Shown here in pieces: positions 13,831 through 26,557 of a stretch of DNA of 64,000 bases. Location: positions 956,005 through 1,020,004 of the forward strand of contig NMRA01000057.1 of the NCBI GenBank assembly GCA_002633005.1. Direction: 5' to 3'. Each line of letters starts with the position of its first letter. Position 1 is the stretch's first letter. Both the position numbers and the translations under genes were made by a program. A model generated the notes under the pieces. It saw nothing but the letters and a program-made list of their open reading frames with translations. It was not told the DNA's origin and searched no databases. This DNA comes from Phoronis australis (taxonomy: Eukaryota; Animalia; Phoronida).

Positions 13831-14386
13831 GTAGCCAGACGGCTTTGACACTTCTTTAAAGGCACTACTCCGTTGTCAGAAATATTGACACAATCATTAC
13901 ATCCGTTGACGTCATTGCTTTTTGTCCTCACGATTTTCACAGGTTAACACTACACCTATAGGCCGGGTATGGTGGACAGAAAACGAAGTGCTATAGAAAC
14001 ATAATGATTAAACAGTAAAAAAGCAAAATAAACCTGGTGGCACTCACCTTTATCCATTCAGAAAATGAATATACGAACATATGATATGAAAATTAATACA
14101 ACATTTGTATTGACTCATATGAGCAAAGAACAAGTTGACAGCAATGTTATTGCGGTAAGTTGTCTAAGTCGAAGGTTCAATCTCCTCTTGGACGCTTGTT
14201 AATAGCTGTTTCGATGATTTATTAAACGACAGGTTTATTCAGTTTTTAATAAAATATTTTAAAATAAAGGAAAGCCCACACGTTTTGAAGAGTGGGTTGT
14301 TAGTCTATTTAAACTACAGTGCGAGAAAGCGTCTTGAAAAAAATCCCCGTTAGGACGTAACATTTTATTGCAGCAGTATATTTCAG

Positions 14387-14572
14387 GAAACGAAAAGAAG
14401 CTCGGTGACTGCACATCGCATGCGTGGTTTATTGAACCGCCTTACAACACCGGTGGCAGGTTTATAATACCTAACTCATGCTACCACAATAGCGAGTACA
14501 AAATGATTTGTGCAGATGAGCCGGATGCAATACCCGAATTAACTACACCGCTATCTGTGGGTATCCGTGGAT
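14387..14572 (+). CDS. SRCR-CUB gene exon: end of SRCR4 and linker
   Basis: tttcag|GA AAC...GGA T|gtgagt. Reads GNEKKLGDCTSHAWFIEPPYNTGGRFIIPNSCYHNSEYKMICADEPDAIPELTTPLSVGIRG. A weaker alternative donor lies at 14561. Confidence 0.82.
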
Positions 14573-15451
14573 GTGAGTTGTTTCGCGTTGTTTTTTCACC
14601 TGCATTTTACTATCGTACTTTCCCCCAAACGTACCTGCCCTGCTTCCATGAACGCAAGACACCCGCATGAAAATTTAGTGGGACCACTTGTTTCACTTCT
14701 ATACACGCATGGCGATATCTCGCGAAGACTCTGGTGCTCTTACTTTTGAGCAAGTGTGTGGCGGTAACGCAGCCGAGCAGCTTTGTCTTAAACAAACTTA
14801 TGGTGGTATTTCCGCATAAAGGTCCCCAAATATAGGCATATAGTTTCTGAGTCACGATTATTAGAAATCGCTTCGGTCTGTAGAATGCTCTCGAAATGCA
14901 CAGTGCGGTGCACATACTGAACAAGGTTACACGAGAAGCAAGACATGGTATATTCCAGCTCTCGCTTGGCATGTTTTCGACTCACCTGAAAAACAACCTT
15001 AATTAATGACGGTGCTTTCAGTACTCACTCTTTTAACCAGGCTGTGCGTATTGACGCTCATTACTCGATCTTGCCAGTGTTGATAGGTCCTGTCTTATAC
15101 TTACAGTGTAGGTGATATTATGGCATAAACACCTTGGGTTTACTGCCTAAAATTTCCTGAATGCGTACTCCTGGTATTTTTCCCCATCATCAATGTTCAC
15201 GTCCGTTCAACAAACGTGGAATAGTACTGTGGGTCCGACAACTCACTGGGTCTTGACCTCAAGGCACACGTGTTTATGCTGACACCTTCACAGACAAAGG
15301 ACTGGGACATTGCTACACAAAATAGTTAAATATATACTTGTTGGCATAAGTTTACCATCTGAAGTACATGTACCTTATACATGTACATGTATGTCATTGG
15401 ATAAATTTGACGACCCTATAGTGATGATTCTGTGTCTGTTCTAACCTTTAG

Positions 15452-15604
15452 CTTGCCGGCCGCACAACACGTACCAGACCTACTCCGTTCGGGGTTGCCG
15501 GGTATTTACACCTAAGCATCCATCCACGTACGACCTCGACTTGATCTGCACGTGGAGTGTGACAGTACCGAATTCGCAGCCCAACTTAACAATCGCAGTT
15601 GATG
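15452..15604 (+). CDS. SRCR-CUB gene exon: CUB domain part 1
   Basis: ctttag|CT TGC...GAT G|gtaaat. Reads SCRPHNTYQTYSVRGCRVFTPKHPSTYDLDLICTWSVTVPNSQPNLTIAVD, matching the CUB SPxYPxxY...CxWxI pattern. Confidence 0.85.
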
Positions 15605-16880
15605 GTAAATTAATTTAAGAAATTGCATCTTGTAAGGATCCTGTCACTAAAGTAGTTCTGCGTATCATCTTTAAAACGGGAGTGGGTTGCATGTATATAC
15701 TCTTAGTGAGACGGGGTTGCATTGCAGGTGCGAGTTTTACCAAAGTTGCTTGTTTCTTCGTCCGCCCGTCTTCATCATTCATCAAGATGTTAAAACCGTG
15801 TTGGAAGTTCTGATAACGAAATTGGTGTAGTAGGGCTTTTTAATGTTGCAATGGTATTTAGATCCAAAATCGCGCCGCGCACATGCACTATTATTTTATC
15901 CCAGGTTCCATTCGCTTGAACACCTATCCCCATGTTTTGAACGTATTGTCAATGGTTTCATCCTCTTTGAACCTGAAACGTAAAACCTTGAACATGATTT
16001 CAACTGTAGCTAGTGAGACTGGTCTCGCAGAATAATCGTTGCACTTGCGCGTCATCCATGGTATAATTTTTGGTTCAGATGGATGTTGCCAGGGGGAATC
16101 AACGCTTCAATATCATTTATCGTTCGAGTTCTAAATGTTCGAAAGTTGCAACATTCTGAGTGATCTGCAATTTACAGTGCTCATTCCAGATCAAATTCGC
16201 GCTGACACCAAGGACCCCTTGCGCGTGTTTTCATTTCAATTTCATTAGATTTGAAATCAATAAACCCACAGAAATAAAGTTAAAAACCATGGCCCCAGGT
16301 GTTTTAACAACTCATTGGAACCTGCAGTGAAATAAAAGTACACGGCAGTGGTCGATTTGGAACATGAGTTAGATATTCAAATTTTATTTTGGATAATGAT
16401 AGTTGTTGAAATTTGAGCAATATTGCGTTTAAATTTTAGTTTTTAGGCAAAAATGAATTATAGGTGTACACGCAACATTCCCCTTCACTTTCTTACTATC
16501 ATGAAATCTTCTGAGAGATGAGTTTACTCAATATTACCAAGTCAATGATTCTCAGTGCATGTTGTTGCGGGCGCTTTGGGTAACCTTTATGAGTGTGATA
16601 TGAAGATGGAACAGCACAGTTGTAACGTCACTGAATAGTGAGTTCAAAATCCAGCTTTCACATGTACTTTTAATGTAAGACCAACAAGTACGAATAATTA
16701 TGTTTATTCATTTGAATTCGTAAAAATTTCAGAACACCGTATGTTGTGTTTTTGTACTGATATGTGAAAGGTCAAAGATAGGTTGGAGCTATCGTTCGGA
16801 GAATTGGTGTCGGGCTCAGGTAGCAAGGCACCAAATTTTTTGTGATTTTTACTTCTATCCCTAACATAATTTCGTTCCAG

Positions 16881-16976
16881 CGTTTTCCACAGAAAATTTC
16901 AGAGACAAGCTAGAGGTGTTTGATGGCTGGTCAGAACGACACCCCAAGTTAGTCACGTGGTCTGGCGAAGTGTCGG
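16881..16976 (+). CDS. SRCR-CUB gene exon: CUB domain part 2
   Basis: ttccag|CG TTT...TCG G|gtaaga. Reads AFSTENFRDKLEVFDGWSERHPKLVTWSGEVS, matching the CUB FxxE...DxLEVxDG pattern. Confidence 0.87.
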
Positions 16977-17164
16977 GTAAGATAGATGGGTGGGATATTG
17001 ATCAATGCTCATCATATCACGTGGTATTACTACGTACAATGTATGTAAATCGCCATACGCTATATTATTCATTGAGTGCACTTGGTTGACTTCGTCGTGT
17101 GTCTACTATTATGTGCTTGAGTACATTATAGTTCATGTGAAAGATAGTCAAAGGTCATACTTGA

Positions 17165-17275
17165 TGCTCTCTAGATTCGAGCTAAAACCTCGAGTAAAAA
17201 CCTGAGACTTCGAGTAAAATATTTCGAGTTCAGACTCGTTCTCTTAGCTTTAATGCTGGGATCAGAAAGTGCAAA
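17165..17275. repeat. Interspersed repeat; second copy at about 47315-47425
   Basis: Shared gagctaaaa..tcga.taaaaac...atttcgagttcagact...ttaatgctggg...aagtgcaaa. Confidence 0.7.
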
Positions 17276-18201
17276 CCATGATTAGGCAGGTAGGCATGTG
17301 AACCGATATGTAATATCATAAAATAATAGACACTCTTGTCTTGTGTTAGCAAAAAAGTAGACTAGAAAATTACAATACACAACTGATACCTAATTTCATC
17401 TCGAGTAAAAAGGTTTTCACCCATTGAACGTGCGCAGTGACATTGCTGTCAAATAGGGATACATGTACTGTACCTATTGGCGAACAACTACGCATATATA
17501 ATCTTTTACAAAAAACCTACAGCGAACTTACAAATTGTTTGCTTGAATCATATTTCACAGCCGTATTTTTACGATACTGTGTCATCAAACCTTAAAACTG
17601 TTACGAATCCACCTTCTGTTTAAACAAATCCCTACTGCGTTATATTTACCCACTGTATATTGTTTTGGTCTACCGTCACAAAACCAATTTCAAGTTATTC
17701 TTTTTTCTGGTTATTTGTTTATGAAGTTATTGAGGTGCCCATATCTCAGGCAGTGAACTTACTTTTAGCCCGTAATATCCAGAAAGGGGAACAGGTGGGC
17801 ATTATCCCGGTACCGTATGAATTTTGATTTTAAAGCATGGGCTGTTAACCTGCAATTAAAAACAAAATGTATTCAACAAGGGGAGTTAATAACGTAGTGC
17901 CTCATTGTTTCTGAAAGATGACTTTAGTTTTAAACATTGAAAGTGAATTAATTTTCAACTACATGTACGTCCTAAAACTGGAGATCACGCAGTGAACTGT
18001 AATAAACTCGTTTCCAAGTGCCCGTGCCAGATCAGGTACATGTACTATGTTCATGGAATTGGGGAGGAACACGTGATGTCATAGACTTGAACCGGTTCGA
18101 TTTTAGACAGGTTAACTAACCCGGTCATACTGGTGAGTTTCGACTCTGTCCACTTGCTGACGCCTACGATATGTTGGGAAGCCACTTTTATCGAGGTTAG
18201 A

Positions 18202-19380
18202 TCAGTGGCGGATCTAGGATATCACAAGGGGGGGCCCAACATTTTGTCCGGCTGTAAGAATTTGCGTAAACTGAACCACGGTTGTAGATGCGCATAGCAC
18301 CGAATGGGGGAAATTTTTCTGTTTTTACCTCTAAAAATCAAGCATTTTCCTTGATTCCTGACGTATTATTCACGAAAAAGGGCAAGAAAACGGAGAACGT
18401 GTCAAACAGGAAACACTGCCAGTAGCAAACACTCGAACTCACGACCTTGCGATTAGTGCGCGAGTGCGTTGCCACTACACCACCACGATTTAACTACTAA
18501 TATCATACTAAGAGACCTACTTATTTATGGTCCACAGCATTTGCGCGCAAAACCTACTTCTTTTTGTAATGCTTATTACACTTTTATATTTTGTGCCATC
18601 GATTCTTAACAAATTTGTCGTATTTAAAATAGTCTTCAAATGCCAAAAAGACCAAATCCGTTTTTCGTGTTGGCAATAATGACGGGATTGCTTTGGAAAT
18701 CGTCTTAAGATAAGGTTTGGCAAAGAGAGTATTGCGAGTTTCTGAGTGATTCACTAAGGCTTCGATTAAAATTCACATCTTACCAGCAGCTTCTGTTTTT
18801 TCATCGTCACTCAGGTTCCATTTTCTTTAAAAAATGAAGTAAATTTTCTTCATTGCACAGTGGAGCAGACGACGNNNNNNNNNNNNNNNNNNNNNNNNNN
18901 NNNNNNNNNNNNNNNNNNNNNNNNNNNNNNNNNNNNNNNNNNNNNNNNNNNNNNNNNNNNNNNNNNNNNNNNNNNNNNNNNNNNNNNNNNNNNNNNNNNN
19001 NNNNNNNNNNNNNNNNNNNNNNNNNNNNNNNNNNNNNNNNNNNNNNNNNNNNNNNNNNNNNNNNNNNNNNNNNNNNNNNNNNNNNNNNNNNNNNNNNNNN
19101 NNNNNNNNNNNNNNNNNNNNNNNNNNNNNNNNNNNNNNNNNNNNNNNNNNNNNNNNNNNNNNNNNNNNNNNNNNNNNNNNNNNNNNNNNNNNNNNNNNNN
19201 NNNNNNNNNNNNNNNNNNNNNNNNNNNNNNNNNNNNNNNNNNNNNNNNNNNNNNNNNNNNNNNNNNNNNNNNNNNNNNNNNNNNNNNNNNNNNNNNNNNN
19301 NNNNNNNNNNNNNNNNNNNNNNNNNNNNNNNNNNNNNNNNNNNNNNNNNNNCTGCCCCCCCCCCCCTAAATCCGCCTATG
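18202..19380. mobile_element. Non-autonomous TIR element spanning the N gap
   Basis: Left end cagtggcggatctagg...gggggg and right end cccccctaaatccgcctatg are imperfect inverted termini. Continuity across the gap is unproven. Confidence 0.45.
18430..18485 (-). repeat. tRNA-derived (SINE-like) head
   Basis: Minus strand ggTGGTGTAGTGG...ggtcgtGAGTTCGAGT contains Pol III A and B boxes; no complete acceptor stem. Confidence 0.5.
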
Positions 19381-19777
19381 TAGATAAATCTGAGACGTCA
19401 TCACTTTATCTTTAATAATCTTTTTCATTTTAGGCAGTAACAAAGCTTTTAAGAAGATTGTTTAAGACAATTTTCACGTTACCAAACAAGTAGATTCTGA
19501 AGCACCTCGGTCTTATGCTTAACTAATGTGTACATGTATACCAATGCAATCCTGACCACTGAAAGGTGCCCTGAACAGCCATCTTAACATTCAGAATTGA
19601 AGCCATGTATCCGAATCAGTGAACCTGCACTGCTTAAGTCAGTCAACTTATGGTCTTTAATTTCCTAAAACAATGCACAATTGTCACTGAAGGACAAAAC
19701 TCACAAAATACGTCTAGTTGACGAGATTTCCGTAAAGAATATATGCATTCTTGCTATCACGTGTCTATATTTTCCAG

Positions 19778-19879
19778 TGGGAACCAATGTTACAACGACA
19801 GGAAGATCCATCTTTCTCAAGTTTACTTCCGACCACGCATACAGTAAATCAGGATTTAAGGTCCATTGCCTCAGCTCAG
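19778..19879 (+). CDS. SRCR-CUB gene exon: CUB domain part 3
   Basis: ttccag|TG GGA...TCA G|gtaaac. Reads VGTNVTTTGRSIFLKFTSDHAYSKSGFKVHCLSS, matching the CUB FxSDxxxxxxGF pattern. Confidence 0.9.
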
Positions 19880-21498
19880 GTAAACAAAATTCCATTATAT
19901 ATTGAGACACGAAGTGAGTGTTGACTAGAAATCACGAAGATAACGCAGATCAACCTGGGTAGAGTTCAGTAGCTGTCTCCCGGCAAGAAATACTGTACCT
20001 AGCCAATATCACGTCAATATCTCGCGAGATCTTGGTTTTCTAACGAGGCACTAACTTTTTTAAATTCGACCCTGCATTCACCAAGATGGCGCTGACCACC
20101 GATTCCAGCCACCGTTGACTCTAACTTATTCACTACAGTGAACAGACGTTGATTGAAAAAGTAAAACATTTTCAGAATTCTATTCATTTTTGTAGGCTAG
20201 ATTTGCTTGGTTTTCACTTGGGGATTATGTTGACATATGCTGAATGCTTGACTTCATACCAGAGTTTTCTGCCGGAGGAGTTCAGAAATTATCACTTTAG
20301 TGACGAAAAGTCAGATCCAAATACATGATTATTCCCACGCGTTAATTGAAATCAGGAAAGGCAATAAACAAATGGATATATGATCTTAGGAACTTATTGT
20401 AGATCTTTTTCTTTTGTTGCACATTTATTGTGCATTTTCTTCGAGATTTGGGGAAGGTTTAGAGTTCAATCATGTATATTTTTTCCAAATCAACGCCTCG
20501 GACGTCCGGGTATCTGCAGGAATTCTTATTCACACCCACTAAGCGTATCTAAAGATGGACCTTTCTGCAGAGAGCTCCGCTGCAACTTTGAAGCTCATTT
20601 GAGTAACTAAATTAAGATGTTTATAATAAAAGCAATTTTGTCTTACCGTCCGTCATGTTTAATATACACAGTTCCTGGAACAAAAAGTTTACGCAACCTC
20701 ATGTACACGTATTTTTTGACAACTACTTGTTTGCATTTTGGCTAAAAGGTGGATTTACATTTATTTTAATGGTATTTTTGTACCTTTTTCGACATAGATT
20801 TTTATTATTTTAATTTTTGGATGCATGAGTTTATGAGCTTCGCTGCATTTTTAGGTTTTTCGAAGTTTTTTTTTCAAGGTGAAGATGAGTTTCCACAAAA
20901 TGGCCATCCAGTGTTTATGAATTCCTGTGTGGTCTATAAAGCCACCAATGCATAATTTCCAGTCATTAGCGAATCAGAAATATCTACGTCGATGGACAGC
21001 TGAGCTTGCGATAGGTCAATTTGACGCCCCCTTTGGTAATGACGACTTACAAACAATAAGTTTTACCCGGCAACGGGTTGTTTGTCGGGTGAAATGGCGG
21101 CTTGGAAACGAGAGTGTATCGATAAGGCTGCGTTCTAAATAGTCAGTTAATCCCGTCACTCAAAATCCTGGCGATAGGTTAATTGATGAAACGTGGCAGA
21201 GCTTTTCGAAAGTTTACAATAGTCTCAGAATAAGTAGTACGGCGTTATTCACAGAATCGCTAGCTCCCTCTGTGAACTACTAACACACGTTTATTACCAT
21301 CAGTGGAAGTTGCTTCCGGTAATACACGTACATGTACGTCAGGAATCGCTGTGCTTCAGATCCAACAATTCACTCTTGATAAGCAAATGTAACTTATCAC
21401 CAAACAAGCTTTGACTGCGTTTGCTGTCGCATTGACGACAGAAACAAGACCACTGCAATAATCCACCGCTGATGTTGCTCTTTTATCATCGGTTTCAG

Positions 21499-21543
21499 CT
21501 CCTCCTTTTGGGCCCTCGTCGAGTACCACGTCAACGTCTACAG
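21499..21543 (+). CDS. S/T/P-rich stalk exon
   Basis: tttcag|...ACA G|gtaaat, 45 nt, phase 1-1. Reads APPFGPSSSTTSTST. Confidence 0.72.
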
Positions 21544-22140
21544 GTAAATTTGATGATAATAAATTGCAAAGGAGATAACACTGTAAGACGTTTTCATTCT
21601 ATTTACACGGGGCGCGTTGCAGCTCAACTGGGCCTCTTGCTTTTTCAACAGTGCAAGAGTATTTTACCTCGCAGTCCTAGTTCTGCTACAACAACGTTGA
21701 AGTAAATAAAATTAATTGAGATTCTGGGATATTGCACTAACTGCATACTTCACAAAAAGTTTGAGTACACCGATCACTAAAAACATTTGGATTGATTCTT
21801 TACTCCTTTCGAAGAGTTGTCTATCTGTGTCATGGCAATTGCACGTGTAAAATAGTACCATCTCAGTAACCCCATTATATCCTTCCTACCTAATGACTTG
21901 CCTAGCAGACACTACCCATTGAAAACGTTTTGATCAATTGTAGAAATTTAACGTACATGTACTTATGTTGTGTGGTCATGCTACTTAATGTGGGATCAAT
22001 TATAACCCGTGCGTCGATCTGCTTCAAGATTATAAGGATTAAAGGTGTCGACTGAAATCGCTACTATTCTGTGATATCTACATACACTCGTTTTCTTACT
22101 CTGAGAATTTGATGGAGATCTATGATTCATTTTACTTTAG

Positions 22141-22218
22141 AGTCTCCATCCTCAGCTGCTGTTCCGGGCGGTGTAACTTCAACCATGCCTTCCTCAAGCG
22201 CTACTTCAATGACAAAGG
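22141..22218 (+). CDS. S/T/P-rich stalk exon
   Basis: ctttag|...AAG G|gtagga, 78 nt, phase 1-1. Reads ESPSSAAVPGGVTSTMPSSSATSMTK, a diverged relative of the 84-nt repeat exons. Confidence 0.75.
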
Positions 22219-23013
22219 GTAGGATATTTCGTACCCTGATTGCACTTGATTGACTTCTCCACTTAAGCCCGATTGGTCTGTAAGCCGAAAGTCGTCATCG
22301 AGAACTAATCACATGTCTCAGGCGCTTGACTGTTCTGTCAGACCGGACAAAGTCAGTTAAGCGTAGGCAATATAATAATAGCAGTTGGATAAAAAGGAAG
22401 ATAGAAATAGGCTTACATGTATTATAATCAGTAATGACAATGATGATGATGATGATTGCCGTATATGCTCATATTGACGCTAATGTGACGCTGTGATCAT
22501 ATGCGGTATTAAATGCATGCGTCTGTACTCCTGCTCTTGTCATGAGTAAAACCAAGGAGAAAATTTCCGAAATACTATTTTAATACAAGCGGCAAGCAAC
22601 TTCCATAACTAGATTAGTTCTCAAAATAAACAAGACAGACTTCTACAGAACCCTACCAGACTCTGTCACACCTGGAAAACATCTTGCCATAATAATTATT
22701 AAAGCATATTAATAGAATTTTGTCGCAATAATATGGCGTTTTTGTCGCACCTTTGTCTGCGCTTAGCGCGATATTGTTACGACCAGTAGCAGGCATTATG
22801 CGATTTACTTGGACAATAAGCTGTTGCGATTTCGACAACGTGTTTGGAGATTTTGTTGAGATTTAGTCAGAGTTGAAACGGAATCTACGCGTGATCAATT
22901 GGTTATTGGGTCCCTCTTTTGTGCTTCCAAATTTTATTAAACCTCGATGTTGTCCAGTTTATTTTGAAAACTACTGCAAATCGTAACTTTCTTTTTGATT
23001 CTTCTTATTTTAG

Positions 23014-23097
23014 ATTCCTCCTCTGCTGGTGCGCCTGTCCGTGTAATTTCAACTGGTTCTTCAATGCAGGCGTCGAGTACTATTTCATCAATTAAAG
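23014..23097 (+). CDS. 84-nt repeated stalk exon, copy 1
   Basis: ttttag|...AAA G|gtaacg. Reads DSSSAGAPVRVISTGSSMQASSTISSIK. Confidence 0.72.
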
Positions 23098-23182
23098 GTA
23101 ACGAACAGTTTCGGTCAGTTTTGTTTGTAACTTCATTCATTAGCATGAAATAGAGAAACTTTTACTAATCGTCTTATTTTAG

Positions 23183-23266
23183 AATCCCCCTCTGCTGGTG
23201 CGCCAGTCCGTGTAATTTCAACTGGTTCTTCAATGCAGGCGTCGAGTACTATTTCATCGATTAAAG
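23183..23266 (+). CDS. 84-nt repeated stalk exon, copy 2
   Basis: Starts 169 bp after copy 1 with the same splice sites. Reads ESPSAGAPVRVISTGSSMQASSTISSIK. Confidence 0.72.
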
Positions 23267-23388
23267 GTAACGAACAGTTTTGGTTAGTTTTGTTTGTAAC
23301 TTCANNNNNNNNNNNNNNNNNNNNNNNNNNNNNNNNNNNNNNNNNNNNNNNNNNNNNNNNNNNNNNNNNNNNNNNNNNNNNNNNNNNN

Positions 23389-23414
23389 GTTGAGTACTAC
23401 TTCATCAATTAAAG
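23389..23414 (+). CDS. 84-nt repeated stalk exon, partial copy after the N gap
   Basis: Only the 3' end (LSTTSSIK) and the gtaacg donor are visible; the 5' part lies in gap 23305-23388. Confidence 0.55.
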
Positions 23415-23499
23415 GTAACGAACAGTTTCGGTCAGTTTTGTTTGTTACTTCATTCATTAGCATGAAATAAAGAAATTTTTACAAATCGTCTTATTTTAG

Positions 23500-23583
23500 A
23501 GTCCCCCTCTACTGGCGCGCCTGTCCGTGTAATTTCAACTGGTTCTTCAATGCACGCGTCAAGTACTATTTCATCGATTAAAG
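23500..23583 (+). CDS. 84-nt repeated stalk exon, further copy
   Basis: Reads ESPSTGAPVRVISTGSSMHASSTISSIK; ag and gt intact. Confidence 0.7.
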
Positions 23584-23942
23584 GTAACGAAGAGTTTCGG
23601 TCATTTGCATGAAATAAAGAATATCTTCTTAAGAGTCCCCTTCTGCTGGTGCACGTTTCGAGTGCTGTTTCAACGAATGAAAAATAATGAACGTTTTCAG
23701 TCAGTTTAGCTTGTAGCTTCGTGATGAAAAAGGAGAAATTTAATCGGGCATTCAAGTCATTTGTACCAATCAACAATTGCTGTTTCTAATGCGAAATAGT
23801 AAACATCGTAACCGTGTAGGTAGGCCTTTGTGCACAACTATCACACTAAAAAGAAGACATTGTTTCGTAATACAAGAACCGGCGATACATGTTTTAGCTA
23901 TTTGTGTTGACCTACAAGATATGTTGTGTGTTTTCTCTTTAG

Positions 23943-23996
23943 CGACGTCCTCCAGACTCATTTCTGTACTTCCGAGAAGGACTTCTCCATTCCCAC
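23943..23996 (+). CDS. Candidate Pro/Ser-rich stalk exon
   Basis: Good acceptor (ttttctctttag) but weak donor (gtatag). 54 nt, phase 1-1, encoding TSSRLISVLPRRTSPFP; similar to exon 25872-25922. Confidence 0.45.
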
Positions 23997-24063
23997 GTAT
24001 AGTAAATGAACATTTTGTTGACTTTGGTAGCCGCTAGTGTTAATACATGTATGTGACTAATGG

Positions 24064-24198
24064 CTGCACTAGATTGATTTTGCCGGGTTCCGCTGGGTCA
24101 AGCGGCTGAGACATCCGATTGGATCTGGAAAACGTTCTTCGGTTTACAGAGCCATCAATCGTCTTACTGGTTGACCCAGCGAAATCAATCAAGTGCAG
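24064..24198. mobile_element. Small MITE-like inverted-repeat element
   Basis: ctgcactagattgattt...cgctgggtcaa pairs with ttgacccagcg-aaatcaatcaagtgcag. Confidence 0.55.
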
Positions 24199-25871
24199 AA
24201 ATTGCAAAACCACATCCAGCGCCCTCTGAATGAGCTGTTGTATTGGTTTATGTGTACTGTCTTTGTATTACGACGAGTGATCGTTTCTTGTGAACGTTCC
24301 TTGGTTCCTCGAGTTTATTGATAGCTGCAACAGGAAGAGTCAACGACACCTACTTGACTCGTTTATTTTGAAGTTTACTATTGGCCATGGCTTGACCTAC
24401 AGTTAATACAGCTTGGCATTTTAGTTCAAGAAGTAATATGAGATTTCCTCTCATGTCAAACGATGAGCATGTTCTGGCGGTTCGCTCTCAACCGCGAATG
24501 TTTGTTGCCAATGCGCCATGGCCTGATTTACTTATCTTGCAGGCTGCTTTCAAGTGCTGCTGGGTCTCGTCTGCAGAATGTACCCGGACATTCAAAGGTG
24601 GCGCTTCGCATTTGCCGCGTGGTGGCAGTAGCTGTTTCCGGCTGGAACTTAATTTGATTTCCAGTCTGCACGTACACCAATTACTGTTACAAACTACTAT
24701 GCTATAACAACGAACTGTTACTCTGCAATGAGTAAAACTACTGGGATTTTAAGTAACACTAAAACAATACTTTAAAAGCAATGATAGACCTTAAAAGGAC
24801 TGTTGGTTTGAGTCAAGACGATAGAATATATGAATTATAACTCAAGAAATCGCAACACATCAAATCTGTAAGACTGTCAACTGTCTGCCTGATTCTCAGT
24901 GTTGTCATGACGTCGCTTACGTAAGCTTCATGCACCACAATATTTTTTGAATAGATAGTTCAGTCAAACCGCGTCCTTCAGTGTTTTTTAATATTCGTAT
25001 TATCTGTAGCTCGTTAAGTTGACAATACAATGCTTGACCAATGAGATATGACGATGAGAGCAGCGCTATCTAGTCGTAGCATGCAGCGCCACCTGTTAGC
25101 GGTAGGGCCGTTGGATGAACTCACCCAAGCAAGACCGGTAGACTGATAACGAAGCCATGTACTGACTCAATCCTCTTCGAGAATATCTTTGCGATGGAAA
25201 TGTCGGCAATAGCGCGAACCAACACAGGACCACTAAACAAAAAATCAACTGTTTCCCTGTGCAAATTATTTTCGAGTACCCCCCATGGGCTTCAGCTTTG
25301 TGATTGAGCAGGCCTCGAAAATCTTCAGCACAAATTCTATGCATGTTGCTGACCTGTGGTGTCAAGTGCGACGAGTTCGTGTGAATAGGTCTGATCTTCT
25401 GCCATAATGTTAACTTCCACAAGCCATCCCCTGTATCTGTCACCTGACGACACCGGTGCCTTCAATACAGGAAGATTTGTAGTTGATAGAATGATGTTCG
25501 TTGCGAAAGGGTGCTAGAGGAGCGAATGCGGCACACTCAGCCCACGCCAAGCCTGGCCAATTCTGAAGCACCTATTGAAGACTTGGACAACTGCCGGCTT
25601 AGGGATAAAATTGACAATCATGGGGAGGGGTCCAGCAAAGTTGCAAGCTTTCGTTTTGCACCTGCCCGCTGCGATATCTGGCTTAGCCCGGGACATTGCA
25701 ATCCACCGAATATGTCACTTATTCGAATGCGTACAGCCGTTACTATGTACAAGTATTGGAATAAGAGGGTGTCATTTTTAATTGACGATTTTAGTTTATA
25801 ACATTATGAAGCAGCGACACATGTTTTATGTATTGATGAAGGTCTATAGCTATTGCTTGTTTTCTTTTCAG

Positions 25872-25922
25872 CAATGTCCTCCACACGAACCCTACCTCCG
25901 CCAAGGACTCCTCCATCCCCGG
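25872..25922 (+). CDS. Pro-rich stalk exon
   Basis: ttttcag|CA ATG...CCG G|gtaagc, 51 nt, phase 1-1. Reads MSSTRTLPPPRTPPSP. Confidence 0.7.
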
Positions 25923-26473
25923 GTAAGCTATAGAATTTTATTTCATTTGGTGCCTGCTGACTTTGTTCAAGGCTTTGTCCACCCGATCTTGAGTTTGAAA
26001 TTAAGTAGAGTAAATACACCAATTGACGTACGTTGAAATATAAGTTGACGAGAAAGTAAGAGCTGTTAAAACTTAATTTTGATCGGAAGATATCGACTAG
26101 GTTGCCGAAATTTGAATTATGGCATTTCCGAGTAATAATCAGCATTGTCACAAACTTTATTATTGCTGCGAGCCACCTGTGCTGAGTTTTCGAACGCTTT
26201 TAAAATGGCCATTAGTAATACTCCAGTAATATTGCAAGGCCAGCCATCTTATAACGTTCTATCCAGAGTCAGTATTTCTGATGTTATTCAGCTCGCGATA
26301 CAAAGAATAAATGATACCATTAGGGTCTTTATTACATCCTGATGGGGCTATTCGGAAAATCTACAATAACTAGAGGGCGTGCGTGTACTAGTGGTGATAG
26401 ATTAACAGCCTCGATTTCGCGAGCCCTTTAAATACATGGTGAAATGGCTTGCAGCCNAATCGTCTTATTTTAG

Positions 26474-26557
26474 AATCCCCCTCTGCTAGTGCGCCTGTCC
26501 GTGTAATTTCAACTGTTTCCTCAATGCACGCGTTGAGTACTATTTCATCAATTAATG
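26474..26557 (+). CDS. 84-nt repeated stalk exon, isolated copy
   Basis: Reads ESPSASAPVRVISTVSSMHALSTISSIN with intact splice sites. It follows an N at 26457, so its placement may be an assembly effect. Confidence 0.5.

Larger units (their letters stand above)
23000..23720 (+). repeat. 169-bp exon+intron tandem array (at least 4 units, gap inside, degenerate last unit)
   Basis: Near-identical units with exon starts at 23014, 23183, (gap) and 23500; decayed unit at about 23633-23720. Confidence 0.9.

Noticed and set aside
18853-19383. Long ORFs of 169-176 aa in the ORF track
   Set aside because: Artefacts of translating through the N gap.
23000-23600. Regularly spaced repeats resembling an array
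   Set aside because: The whole 169-bp unit is repeated, including the intervening part, and it is explained as an exon+intron duplication.
25080-25720. GC-richer segment with several short ORFs
   Set aside because: No identifiable domain in any frame; probably decayed TE sequence.
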